Below, piece after piece: positions 21,254-30,706 of a DNA stretch of 64,000 bases. The DNA comes from an uncultured bacterium. Lineage in GTDB: Bacteria > Patescibacteriota > Saccharimonadia > UBA4664. Below the pieces are notes generated by a model. It did not search any database. It was not told where the DNA came from and saw only the letters and a program-made list of their open reading frames with translations. Where the stretch lies: positions 200,704-264,703 of the forward strand of contig CAVRET010000002.1 in assembly GCA_963720265.1 (NCBI GenBank), in the 5' to 3' direction. Numbering within the stretch: position 1 is the stretch's first letter; every line of letters starts with the position of its first letter. The position numbers were made by a program, and so were the translations under genes.

Positions 21254-21376
21254 TTTTGTGAGCCAGCTAGCCAGTTGTTGGGCAATTGCAGGAATCTCGG
21301 CATCCCCTTCTTAAGCCAAAGCATTAGCGTATTGAACAGTAAAAGTACTCATGCTCAAATTAACTCGGCACAGTCC

Positions 21377-23362
21377 TCAAACCTCGTTAATCACCGGTAA
21401 AATCATTGGGTTGCGCTTGGTTTTGGCGTATAGCAGATCACCGACCTCATCGCGCAAACGCAGCTTAAACTTCGTCCAGTCAGTCTGCTCTTTCGGGTTA
21501 CGCTTCTCAAACGCCTTACGCACCTCAGCCCGCGCCCGATTTACCAGGTCCTCATTTTCCTTCATGTAGATGAAGCCGCGCGAGATAATATCCGGGCTCG
21601 ATACCAGCCGGCCTGTTTTGCGGCTGACGGTTGCCACAATCATGAGCACACCGTCGGCACCTAGTGCCAGCCGGTCGCGCAGCACCACGCCTTCCACATC
21701 ACCCACGCCGGCGCCGTCAACCATCACCAAACCAGCTGGAATACGCTCGCCTTTGCGTGCAGAAGTTGGCGTCAGCTCCAAGCAGTCGCCGTTGTCCATG
21801 ACAAAGACGTTTGAACGTGGCACGCCGTTCTCTACCGCCGCTTCCGCGCCATACACCATGTGATGGAACTCGCCGTGAATCGGCACATAGTACTTCGGCC
21901 GCACCAGCTTCACCAGGTCACCGACGTCGTCCTTAAAACCATGACCACCGACGTGAACCGGTCCGTGCTGACGCAGCCCTTCGGTCGAACGGGCAAAAAT
22001 CTGCGCACCCTCGCGCATCAGGTTATCCTGCAGGTCAACCACCGCCTTTTCATTACCAGGAATCACACTCGAGCTGAAGATTACGGTGTCACCCGGCTTA
22101 ATCTTCACATTTTGGTGGTCGCCGGTACTCATACGCACCAGAGCCGAATTCTCCTCACCCTGCGAGCCGGTACACAAGATCGTAATCTGGTTATCCGGCA
22201 AATTCACGATATCCTGGACACGCATAAGCAGTCCCGGTGGCACTCTAATGTAGCCCAACTTCACACAAATCTCCACGTTGGTAAGCGTTGAGCGGCCCAC
22301 CAGAGCGAGTTTGCGCCCCGACTTGTATGCAGCATCAATAATCAGCTGAACACGCGTGATAGAGCTCGAGAACGTCGAGATGATGATGCGGTTCTTGGCC
22401 CGTCCAAACAAGTCATCAATTGTCGGCGTCACCGCTCGCTCGCTCACGGTCCGGCCCGGATGGTCACAGCTCGTACTGTCGCTCAGTAGCAGCAGCACTC
22501 CCTCATCGCCCAACTCCTTGAACCGCGCAAAGTCCATGGGCTTCTTATCGAGCGGAGTCGGGTCCGGCCGCCAGTCGCCGGTGTTAATGATCGTGCCGGC
22601 CGGCGTCTTAAGGACTGCCGCGGTCGAATCCGCGATGGTGTGCGTCACCCGCACCAGTTCAAGATTAAAGTTTTGGCCGATCTGCACCCGCTCATGCTTA
22701 TCCGGATCCATCACCACCCAGCGCGGCGTCTGCACCTTAAACTCGCTAATCTGTTTCTCCACGAACGCCAGGCTTAAGCGCGAACCATACACCGGCACTG
22801 GAAACTTTGGGATAATGTAGCCCGATGCGCCCACGTGATCCATGTGGCCGTGCGTAATAACAATAGCTCGCACTTTATGCTTATTACGCTCTAGGTAGGT
22901 TGTGTCAGGGATAATGTAATCCACACCAGGCTGGTTGGCAGTTGGAAAAGCAAAGCCCATATCGATAATGACAATGTCGTTTCCAGACTCAATCGCCATC
23001 ATGTTCTTACCAATCTCACCCAAACCACCGAGCGGCATCACCTTTACCATTGCCTCGCGGGCGGTATAATTGGCCCGGCGCTGCTGGCTGGGCTGCTTTG
23101 ATTGTTGAACGCCGTCTGTACCATTAAAAATGCTCTTATTCACCGGCATCGCGTCAAGTGCCGGCACCAAATCGGTGTGGCTTGGCTGTTGTTGCATGCG
23201 CCGCCGTCCGCCGCCGCGGCCGCTGCCGCCGCCGGACGACTTGGCCGCTGGTTTCACTACTGGCTTGGCTGTCGGCTTATTACTCGACGCAGGTGCCCCA
23301 GTGCGCGGTCGCGCCGGCTGGGATTTAGGGGTTGGTTTATTTACGTTGTTATTTGGTTGCAT
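21377..23362 (-). CDS. rnj: Ribonuclease J
   Basis: PLGGLGEIGKNM, THGHMDHVG, TGSQGE, HVGGH, PIHGEFHH; basic disordered N-terminus. Confidence 0.96.
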   Translation of the reverse strand: MQPNNNVNKPTPKSQPARPRTGAPASSNKPTAKPVVKPAAKSSGGGSGRGGGRRRMQQQPSHTDLVPALDAMPVNKSIFNGTDGVQQSKQPSQQRRANYTAREAMVKVMPLGGLGEIGKNMMAIESGNDIVIIDMGFAFPTANQPGVDYIIPDTTYLERNKHKVRAIVITHGHMDHVGASGYIIPKFPVPVYGSRLSLAFVEKQISEFKVQTPRWVVMDPDKHERVQIGQNFNLELVRVTHTIADSTAAVLKTPAGTIINTGDWRPDPTPLDKKPMDFARFKELGDEGVLLLLSDSTSCDHPGRTVSERAVTPTIDDLFGRAKNRIIISTFSSSITRVQLIIDAAYKSGRKLALVGRSTLTNVEICVKLGYIRVPPGLLMRVQDIVNLPDNQITILCTGSQGEENSALVRMSTGDHQNVKIKPGDTVIFSSSVIPGNEKAVVDLQDNLMREGAQIFARSTEGLRQHGPVHVGGHGFKDDVGDLVKLVRPKYYVPIHGEFHHMVYGAEAAVENGVPRSNVFVMDNGDCLELTPTSARKGERIPAGLVMVDGAGVGDVEGVVLRDRLALGADGVLMIVATVSRKTGRLVSSPDIISRGFIYMKENEDLVNRARAEVRKAFEKRNPKEQTDWTKFKLRLRDEVGDLLYAKTKRNPMILPVINEV

Positions 23363-23404
23363 GTAATCCTTTCTCTTAGGCTGCAAGTAGCAGCAAATTT
23401 ACAT

Positions 23405-23980
23405 TTAAATTTTTTGCAAAATCACCGGTATACGCGCGAAATCAGTCATTAACGTCTCGCGCATACCGCCGTTGTACAAAGCCGCCGCCGGGTGAAACAG
23501 TGGCAGATACACCTGTCCGCCCTTGCGCACCGGCCGGCCGTGGGCCTGGCTAATCTTAAGCTCAGGTAGAAACACGTTCATCGCGTGCCGTCCCAGAAAC
23601 ACCACCAATTTGGGCTGTATTACGGCCAACTGCTGTTCCAGATAAGGCCGAAAAGCTTCTACTTCCCCTGGGCTGGGATCACGATTATCCGGCGGCCGAT
23701 ATTTTACGACATTCGTGATGTAAACGTCATTCCGAGCCATACCTATGCTTGAGAGCATTTCGTTCAGGAATTCCCCGGCCGCACCCACAAACGGCTCACC
23801 CTGCTTGTCCTCATTTGCGCCCGGCGCCTCGCCGATAAACATCACGTCCGCATCCGGGTCACCAACGCCAAACACGAGTTGTGTCGCCCCGGCCTTAAGG
23901 TCTAGCGTCACACTGTCGGCGTCGATCGCCTGCGCAATCTCGGCCAATGCCGCTGCTTTATCAGTTGTCTGTTTGTCCAT
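23405..23980 (-). CDS. Family-4 type uracil-DNA glycosylase lacking Fe-S cysteines
   Basis: [44 protein letters not shown]. Confidence 0.92.
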   Translation of the reverse strand: MDKQTTDKAAALAEIAQAIDADSVTLDLKAGATQLVFGVGDPDADVMFIGEAPGANEDKQGEPFVGAAGEFLNEMLSSIGMARNDVYITNVVKYRPPDNRDPSPGEVEAFRPYLEQQLAVIQPKLVVFLGRHAMNVFLPELKISQAHGRPVRKGGQVYLPLFHPAAALYNGGMRETLMTDFARIPVILQKI

Positions 23981-24071
23981 ACACCCTCTGACAATAGGAA
24001 CTTGGGTGGTACGCATTGCCGCGACCCTTCGGACGACCGCATATTGTGCGGACGCCCTCGTGACGTAGCAA

Positions 24072-26192
24072 TTATTCTTTCTTTGCAGCAGCCTTCATGC
24101 TCAAATTCAGTCGGCCCTGGCCGTCAATCTCCAGCAATCTCACCTGGACCTTGTCACCCAATTTTACCACGTCGCTGACTTTCTCGACGCGCTTATCCGA
24201 AAGCTGCGAGATGTGCACAAGGCCGTCTTTGCCTGGCAAGATGTTCACAAACGCGCCAAATTCCATCAGCTTCACCACCGTACCCGTATACACGCGGCCC
24301 ACTTCCGGGTCTTCGGTCAGGCCGCGAATGATCTCAATCGCCCGTTCCGCCGCCTCGGCATCGGTTGAGCTAATCATTACAAGACCCGAATCTTCGATAT
24401 CAATCTCCACACCGGTCTCAGCTATAATCTTGTTAATCGTCTCACCGCCCTTACCGATCACGGTCGCAATCTTTTCCGGGTTAATCATGAGCTTGGAAAT
24501 GCGCGGCGCGTACGGGCTCATCTCAGCTCGCGGCTTATCAATCACTGAGAGCATTTTCGACATAATATGCGAGCGCCCCTCGTGCGCTTGCGCCAACGCC
24601 GCCTTCATAATCTCAGGCGTAATACCCTTCACCTTAATGTCCATCTGCAGCGCGGTAATGCCGTCTTCAGTCCCGGCCACCTTAAAGTCCATGTCGCCGG
24701 CAAAGTCCTCGGCACCTTGGATATCGCTCAAAATAACGTAATGCTTCGCGTCATCATGATCGGTAACGAGACCCATCGCAATACCGGCCACCGGCTTAAG
24801 GATCGGCACGCCGGCATCCATCAGGCTCAACGTCGAGCCGCACACGCTCGCCATACTCGACGAGCCGTTCTGGCTCAGCACCTCGCTCACGGTCCGAATG
24901 GTATACGGGAAGTCCTCCACCGCCGGAATCACCGGCAGCAGTGCCCGCTCAGCCAGGGCGCCGTGCCCAATCTCGCGCCGCCCAGGGCTGCGCATCGGCT
25001 TCACCTCGCCGCTCGAGTACCCCGGCGCGTTGTAGTGGTGCATGTAGCGCTTGGTGGTGTCCTCTTCCATCGTGTCGATGAGTTGCGCATAGCTGGTCGA
25101 CGCCAGTGTGGTCACGTTCAATACCTGCGTGGTGCCGCGCGTAAACAGCCCCGAGCCATGCGCTCGCGGCAACACGCCCACCTGCATGCTGAGCGGCCGA
25201 ATCTCGGTGGTTTTACGCCCATCCGGCCGGGCGCCGTCTTCCAAGATCGCGCGGCGAATCTCGCGGTCGATCACCTTACCAAACGCCACCTCAATATCAG
25301 CCAGTTCGTAGTCGTTCTCAAACTGTGCCACTGTCTCTTTCTCAAGGTTGCGCAATGCATCATGCCGCTGGTAGTGGTCCTGGTGCCGAATCGCCGGCCC
25401 CAGCTTATCCGCCAGAAAGTCGCCGATAGCGGCCATCAAATCCTCGTCAGCCTTAAACAGCTCGTACGGCTTCTCCTTAGCCCCCAAGGCCTTCACCATC
25501 TCTTCCTGCAGTTTAATGAGTGGCTGGATGCTCTTGTGCGCCAACTCAATAGCCTTAATCATTGTGGCTTCATCTACCTCATTGGCGCCGGCTTCCACCA
25601 TCATAATGGCGTCTTTCGTACCCGCCACGATCAGCTCAAGTTTCGACTCCTTCATCTGCTCTTCGGTCGGAAACGCCACCAGCTCACCGTTGATCAGGCC
25701 GATCTTCACGCCCGCCACCGGCCCCTCAAACGGAGCCCCGCTCAGCATCAGTGCCGCACTCACCGCCGTCATGGCAATGATATTGGGCGCATACTCAAGA
25801 TCCGCGCTAATCACCATCGCCACCGACTGCACATCATGCCGGTAGCCCTTAGGAAATAGCGGCCGGATCGGCCGGTCAATCAGCCTAGCACTCAAGGTCG
25901 CGTGCTCACTCGCCCGGCCTTCGCGCTTAATAAACCGCGAGCCGGAGATCTTACCCGCCGCGTAAAACCGCTCTTCGTAATCAATCAAGAGCGGGAAAAA
26001 ATCGATCCCGTCGCGCGGCTGGTTGCTCACCACAGCCGTACCAAGCACCATCGTGTCGCCGTACCGCACCGTTACCGCGCCGTCAGCCAAAAAGGCCATC
26101 CTGCCGGTCTCAATGGTCAGCTCACGACCACAAAACTCAGTGGTAAATTGCTGAGTCTTCCCCCCAAACGGGTGAATAATATCTTGTTGCAT
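24072..26192 (-). CDS. pnp: Polyribonucleotide nucleotidyltransferase (PNPase)
   Basis: DFFPL..DYEE, RLIDRPIRPLFP, RREIGHGALAERAL, GDMDFKVAG, KH and S1 domains. Confidence 0.98.
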   Translation of the reverse strand: MQQDIIHPFGGKTQQFTTEFCGRELTIETGRMAFLADGAVTVRYGDTMVLGTAVVSNQPRDGIDFFPLLIDYEERFYAAGKISGSRFIKREGRASEHATLSARLIDRPIRPLFPKGYRHDVQSVAMVISADLEYAPNIIAMTAVSAALMLSGAPFEGPVAGVKIGLINGELVAFPTEEQMKESKLELIVAGTKDAIMMVEAGANEVDEATMIKAIELAHKSIQPLIKLQEEMVKALGAKEKPYELFKADEDLMAAIGDFLADKLGPAIRHQDHYQRHDALRNLEKETVAQFENDYELADIEVAFGKVIDREIRRAILEDGARPDGRKTTEIRPLSMQVGVLPRAHGSGLFTRGTTQVLNVTTLASTSYAQLIDTMEEDTTKRYMHHYNAPGYSSGEVKPMRSPGRREIGHGALAERALLPVIPAVEDFPYTIRTVSEVLSQNGSSSMASVCGSTLSLMDAGVPILKPVAGIAMGLVTDHDDAKHYVILSDIQGAEDFAGDMDFKVAGTEDGITALQMDIKVKGITPEIMKAALAQAHEGRSHIMSKMLSVIDKPRAEMSPYAPRISKLMINPEKIATVIGKGGETINKIIAETGVEIDIEDSGLVMISSTDAEAAERAIEIIRGLTEDPEVGRVYTGTVVKLMEFGAFVNILPGKDGLVHISQLSDKRVEKVSDVVKLGDKVQVRLLEIDGQGRLNLSMKAAAKKE

Positions 26193-26380
26193 TACTGTCC
26201 TTCTCGGTTGTGGCAAATACGTGCCAGGGACAAGGGATCAATAAAATTCATCCCAAAGCTCTAACACATATCACGCATCGCCACCTCAGTTGCTAAACCT
26301 GGATGTGCTTCGGGCGTATTATACTATGCCCGTTCCAAAACCCCAAGCCGCCAATACGGCTTCGAATCTTGATTCGGGCC

Positions 26381-26414
26381 CGGCCCTGGTCGCTGCCACA
26401 CGCGACCAGGGCCG
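26381..26414 (-). terminator. GC-rich 3' hairpin without U-tract
   Basis: CGGCCCTGGTCGC-8 nt-GCGACCAGGGCCG just past the stop of 26419..27069. Confidence 0.7.
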
Positions 26415-26418
26415 AACT

Positions 26419-27069
26419 CTACTTCGCGGCAGTGGCAGGCGCCCGCAGCGCCATGCCCAGCTGGGCGAGGGCCGACTTGATGTAGTCGACCCGCTTCCCG
26501 CGGCCAAAGGCCGGATTGTCTCGCAGCGTGCTCTCGGGAGTTGCTGCCAGATCATCCAGGGTCAGGATGCGCATGGCGTAAAGCACATCGACAACCGCTT
26601 TAAGCTCGTCGTCTCCGGGAATGTCGTCCCCGTTACGGCTCGCTCGTTGTTCGCGTAGGTCACGCAGAACGCCGACAAGCAATACAATTGGGACCTGGCC
26701 ACGATCAGACGGGGCAGCGTTTCGCCGGGTCAAGTCAGCGACCTGGATCAACACTTCCCAGCCGAGCATCCGCAGGGCTCGTTCCTGCAGCCCACGAATG
26801 TTTGCTGTTCGCGTCCTGAGCGATTCAGCCAGTTCCGATGGAGCCACCAGCATGCCACCGTTAAGGCCGAACCGCCCGATCAGCACGGTCCTGAGGGCGG
26901 GCTCTGGTAGCAGACCAAGCAGCCTGTTTAGGCCGTACAGGTCCAGGCCATAGAATTGCTGCAGGGTGTTGACGGAGATCGTGTGCTTACCCGTCCGCCC
27001 CAACTCGCTGTTGAGCGCATTGAGCAGGTCCAAAGTACAACTTCGCTGGTATCGTTGCACGGGCCACAT
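26419..27069 (-). CDS. Sigma70 region-4-like plus RNAP alpha-CTD-like fusion protein
   Basis: VLIGRFGLNGG..SELAESL..NIRGLQERALRML (sigma4 HTH); LDDLAATPESTLRDNPAFGRG..IKSALAQLGMAL (alpha-CTD); GGAGG before ATG 27069. Confidence 0.75.
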   Translation of the reverse strand: MWPVQRYQRSCTLDLLNALNSELGRTGKHTISVNTLQQFYGLDLYGLNRLLGLLPEPALRTVLIGRFGLNGGMLVAPSELAESLRTRTANIRGLQERALRMLGWEVLIQVADLTRRNAAPSDRGQVPIVLLVGVLRDLREQRASRNGDDIPGDDELKAVVDVLYAMRILTLDDLAATPESTLRDNPAFGRGKRVDYIKSALAQLGMALRAPATAAK

Positions 27070-27186
27070 ACTCGCCTCCAGGCGGTGCTTGATAGGTACG
27101 TTTCCGTTGCTGTCCGGGCTCATCCTACGACAAGCACGGGCAGCAATGAAACATGGTGGCCATTAATGACGAGCCGCTAAGCGAAC

Positions 27187-27453
27187 TTAGCGCCGCAAAT
27201 CGAGCTTCTTCAACACTTCCTGATACTTATCAGGATTGTGACGGCTCAAATAATCGAGCAACGATCGGCGCTTGCCCACCATCTTCAAGAGTCCGCGGCG
27301 CGAATGCTCATCTTTCTTGTGTTCCTGCAAATGCTTGGTTAGCTGCTTAATTTGCTCGGTAAAGATGCCAATCTGGACCTCCGGCGAACCGGTGTCCTTC
27401 TTGTGGCCCTGCAGGCCGGCAATAACCTTCGATTTGGTATCAGGCTTCAACAT
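27187..27453 (-). CDS. rpsO: 30S ribosomal protein S15
   Basis: [34 protein letters not shown]. Confidence 0.98.
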   Translation of the reverse strand: MLKPDTKSKVIAGLQGHKKDTGSPEVQIGIFTEQIKQLTKHLQEHKKDEHSRRGLLKMVGKRRSLLDYLSRHNPDKYQEVLKKLDLRR

Positions 27454-27639
27454 AACTTGAGTATATTATCACTTTTCGGGCGCTCTGGCAAGGCCTAAAT
27501 CTGAAAATGCTTGGCTCCGGCCCTGAACCATCGAACAACATGTTCAATACCTCAGGGCCGGGCGCCCCTCCGAGCGCGACGACATTGTCGCGAATCGGAA
27601 GGACGCAGATGAAAAAGCGGGTAGGCCGGATCGGGCCGG

Positions 27640-27672
27640 CTAATTCCACGTGTAGTAGAAGACGGCATCCAT
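27640..27672 (-). CDS. Putative 10-aa micropeptide MDAVFYYTWN
   Basis: AAGGAGGTGA 4 nt before ATG; ATG sits within hairpin GACGGCAT-GG-ATGCCGTC. Confidence 0.5.
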   Translation of the reverse strand: MDAVFYYTWN

Positions 27673-27714
27673 GCCGTCACCTCCTTCCGGAAACCGGAAT
27701 CGATTAGCTAATGA

Positions 27715-27942
27715 CTATCTGCTGGATGTCCCAGTGAGCACGCCGCTGCGTCCAAAGCTGGGATCAGTGGGCCGGTGCGGAGGTACCCAAGCGCCGTCAG
27801 GCAGCAGCTCGCCGGTGTCTTCGAACTGCACGATCCCGTTACATAGCAGGCTCCAACCCTGCTCGGGGTGGCTCACGACCGTGTGCGCGGCCTCCCGGTC
27901 GGGAGCACTGGCCTCCGGGCATGGTGGTGAGTGTGGGCACAT
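27715..27942 (-). CDS. DUF5999-family small protein (actinobacterial type)
   Basis: MCxHxPPCP..DREAA..HPEQGWSLLCNG..FEDTGELLPDG; SD AAAAGGAG. Confidence 0.85.
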   Translation of the reverse strand: MCPHSPPCPEASAPDREAAHTVVSHPEQGWSLLCNGIVQFEDTGELLPDGAWVPPHRPTDPSFGRSGVLTGTSSR

Positions 27943-28176
27943 AGGAAGAATCTCCTTTTGTGGGTTTGGGCAGAAATCGGATTTCTGCGATTGCCGCTGC
28001 TTGCGGAAGAACTGCCCGCTTACTTCTCAACTTACAGAGACATACCATGTCGCATTCAGCCTGCACTCAGGTTATGAGCACGTGCGAATACGAAGCGGTC
28101 GTCTCACGGCTAATATCATCTCGAGGTCGCATCCTCGCGCTAACATCAATCGTGAGCCGGCCGGGACTTAAGAAGT

Positions 28177-28205
28177 AAGGTACATCTCAGTTATAAACCT
28201 GTCAT
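28177..28205 (-). promoter_or_regulatory. Putative promoter of the DUF5999 transcript (about 230-nt structured leader)
   Basis: ATGACA-17 bp-TACCTT on the minus strand, followed by a long stem-loop. Confidence 0.45.
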
Positions 28206-28253
28206 ACCAATTTAACAATGGCTTGACAATAATATATTGTGCATCTTTTATAC

Positions 28254-28922
28254 TTAAATGTCAACGAGACAAGTTGACACCAGCTCGCGAGTAGCTTCAT
28301 CAAGCACTAATGCGTCAATCAACCGGTACTGTCCAACCTGGGCCCGTACGAGCCCGCCCAGATATGCACCAGTACCAAGTAACCGGCCCAGATCCTCGGC
28401 CAATGTGCGAATATAAGTGCCGCTCGACACGTGAGCCTCCAGCTCCACCACCGGATATTCGTAACGCACAAGCCGGTTTTCATACACCTGTACGAGCCGC
28501 GCCGGCATCGCAACGGTCTCTCCGGCCCGCACGCGCTTATACGCCTCGCGTCCATCAATTTTGATGGCCGAATACGCCGGCGGGACTTGCTCAAGTTCAC
28601 CGGTAAGTGCGGCCAGTGCAGACTCGACCTCAGGCTGCCCCGGCACTCGGTCGCTCACTAGCGTAAGCTCCCCCTCGGCATCGGCCGTCGGGCTGGTAGC
28701 GCCTAGCCGCACCTCGGCAAGATAGCGTTTATCCAACTTGGTCAGCGTCTGAGCCTGCCTACAAGCCGTGCCAAACAACAGCAGCATGAGTCCGCTCGCC
28801 AAAGGATCAAGCGTACCAGCGTGACCAATCTTGCGCACACCCGTGACGCGCCGCAGCCTCCGAATAACGTCAAACGACGTCACGCCAACCGGTTTATCGA
28901 TCAGTAGTAAACCGTTCATCAT
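28254..28922 (-). CDS. truB: tRNA pseudouridine(55) synthase TruB
   Basis: KIGHAGTLDPLASG, QVPPAYSAIK, SSGTYIRTLAEDLG. Confidence 0.96.
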   Translation of the reverse strand: MMNGLLLIDKPVGVTSFDVIRRLRRVTGVRKIGHAGTLDPLASGLMLLLFGTACRQAQTLTKLDKRYLAEVRLGATSPTADAEGELTLVSDRVPGQPEVESALAALTGELEQVPPAYSAIKIDGREAYKRVRAGETVAMPARLVQVYENRLVRYEYPVVELEAHVSSGTYIRTLAEDLGRLLGTGAYLGGLVRAQVGQYRLIDALVLDEATRELVSTCLVDI

Positions 28923-28934
28923 TGTGATAATACC

Positions 28935-30077
28935 TTAAGCCGAAGAACTTTGGTCCGGCTCAACACTCGGCTGCTGGGCCAACAGCTCAGCCGCGGCTGC
29001 AAAGTCGGCCATAGCCGGCCGAGGCGTCTCCAGTTCGGACTGAGGCTGGTTCGCCGGCTGTGCCTCGTCGACCGACTCGCTTATCTCAATGTGGCCGGGG
29101 TCAATAATCGGCAGTTCCCGTAGCGCCTGGGCCTCAGGCTGAACGTTCGGCTGCGGATGGGGCTTAGGCTGTTGTGGTTGAGCTGCAGGAGCCGTAGCTA
29201 TACCTGGCCGCGCCTCAGCGCGCGGCTCCTGGCGTTGCTGTTCCGGCCGCTGGCCGCCACGATTGCGGTCGCCGCCGGGCCGCTCATTGCTGCGATCACC
29301 ACGCTCCCCTCGGTTATCACGTTCGCGGTACAGCGCCTTTACCACTGCCGGCTGCCGGCCGCCAGCTGCCATCATTTGCGCCGCCACGGTCAAGCTCTTT
29401 GAAGTCGTATGTGCAGCCGTGAAGCGGTCGGTCGCCGCCATGATCCCCATCAGCAGAATCGTTCCAATCTCGGCATCAATTAGCCCGCTTTGCAGGCTCT
29501 CGCTGGTCGCCACCAACATTTCGCATAGGCTCGAAGCATTGCCGTCAATCAAGTTAATTGCGCCGTAACCCTCATTCGAACGATGAAAGTCCAGGTTCAC
29601 CAGCGGAATCCGGTCAAACAAATCCGTATTTTGCTCATAAATGCGATCAATCCGCGCCCGCGTGGGCACGCCCAGAACAATCGCCAGATCATATTCAAAG
29701 CTCGGGGCACCGTAGTCGAACGTCACATCACTCGGCGCAAAGCTCCCTTTTGCCGGGCTAATCAAAATATTGAGCTTGCCGTCGCCCAGTTCGGTCCGCA
29801 GCTTATCCACCTCAGCCTTAGTCACATCCAGTTTGAGAATAAAGTCGCGTAGGCCACCGAGCTGACGTTCTACCGCCGCGCCCTCCAGACCCGCCACCGA
29901 AGCCGGCAGCCCGTCACTAATTACGGCACTCACACGCTTACCAAATTTGCGCAAAATTGCCGCCAATCCAACCACGGCTGCAGCCTGGTCCACACTCGGA
30001 TGCGAGCCGGTTATCAGCAGGATCGTCTCCGCCTGCCGAATCGCCTCAGACGCCTGCTGTTTCGGAGTCAATTCCAT
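28935..30077 (-). CDS. DHH-family phosphoesterase-like protein (degenerate motifs)
   Basis: NLDFHRSNEGYG, ASSLCE, GIMAATDRF; Q/P-rich C-terminal tail. Confidence 0.75.
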   Translation of the reverse strand: MELTPKQQASEAIRQAETILLITGSHPSVDQAAAVVGLAAILRKFGKRVSAVISDGLPASVAGLEGAAVERQLGGLRDFILKLDVTKAEVDKLRTELGDGKLNILISPAKGSFAPSDVTFDYGAPSFEYDLAIVLGVPTRARIDRIYEQNTDLFDRIPLVNLDFHRSNEGYGAINLIDGNASSLCEMLVATSESLQSGLIDAEIGTILLMGIMAATDRFTAAHTTSKSLTVAAQMMAAGGRQPAVVKALYRERDNRGERGDRSNERPGGDRNRGGQRPEQQRQEPRAEARPGIATAPAAQPQQPKPHPQPNVQPEAQALRELPIIDPGHIEISESVDEAQPANQPQSELETPRPAMADFAAAAELLAQQPSVEPDQSSSA

Positions 30078-30145
30078 AGTTCGTATAATCTACCTCATTT
30101 TATCAGTTTTGTCAATAGTAATGCTTATGCTACCATAGGATAATC

Positions 30146-30631
30146 ATGGAGAGGACTCCAGCCACCGGCGTTACCGTCACGTTCACTGCCGTGCACAACG
30201 GCCGATTCCTTTTTGTGCAGCGTCTAGCAGGTGATCCCATTCTCGGTGGCTATTGGTGTTTCCCCGGCGGCAAGCTTGAGGTTGGTGAAACCGTTGCCGC
30301 TGCCATCGAGCGTGAATGCCTGGAAGAGACCGCACTTGCCCTCACCGGCCGCGCCTTTTTCGTTGATTCATATCTGCTCGGCAAACGCCTCGGTCTACAC
30401 TTTGCTGTAGAAGCCACCTCCGACCAGATCAAGCTTGATGAGCTCCAAGATTACGCTTGGGTCAGTTCTGTGACCGACCTCGCCCGCTTTAACCCGCGCA
30501 TTCCCGGAATCGACACCCATCTGCACTACATCATTGACCATCTGGATCGCTTCGAGAACATTGACCGTGATCTAGCCTGGTCCAATCTTGAGCAATTCGA
30601 TCTCGTGGAGCACCGGTTCCTCAACCGCTAG
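30146..30631 (+). CDS. NUDIX hydrolase
   Basis: WCFPGGKLEVGETVAAAIERECLEETAL. Confidence 0.88.
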   Translation: MERTPATGVTVTFTAVHNGRFLFVQRLAGDPILGGYWCFPGGKLEVGETVAAAIERECLEETALALTGRAFFVDSYLLGKRLGLHFAVEATSDQIKLDELQDYAWVSSVTDLARFNPRIPGIDTHLHYIIDHLDRFENIDRDLAWSNLEQFDLVEHRFLNR

Positions 30632-30706
30632 GGCCTCCACGCGCTAGGCATTTACAAACGCCCCTGGATCAGGTATAGTCCACTGGTATTTTAGGAACCG
30701 CAGGCA

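Noticed and set aside
21311-21313. Alternative genetic code (stop-codon reassignment)
   Set aside because: All core genes read intact with code 11 and end in TAA, TAG or TGA; this is a single isolated case.
24567-25859. 430-aa plus-strand ORF and other long antisense ORFs (e.g. 441-1226, 38396-39280)
   Set aside because: Shadow ORFs opposite pnp, pilT and polA, with no motifs.
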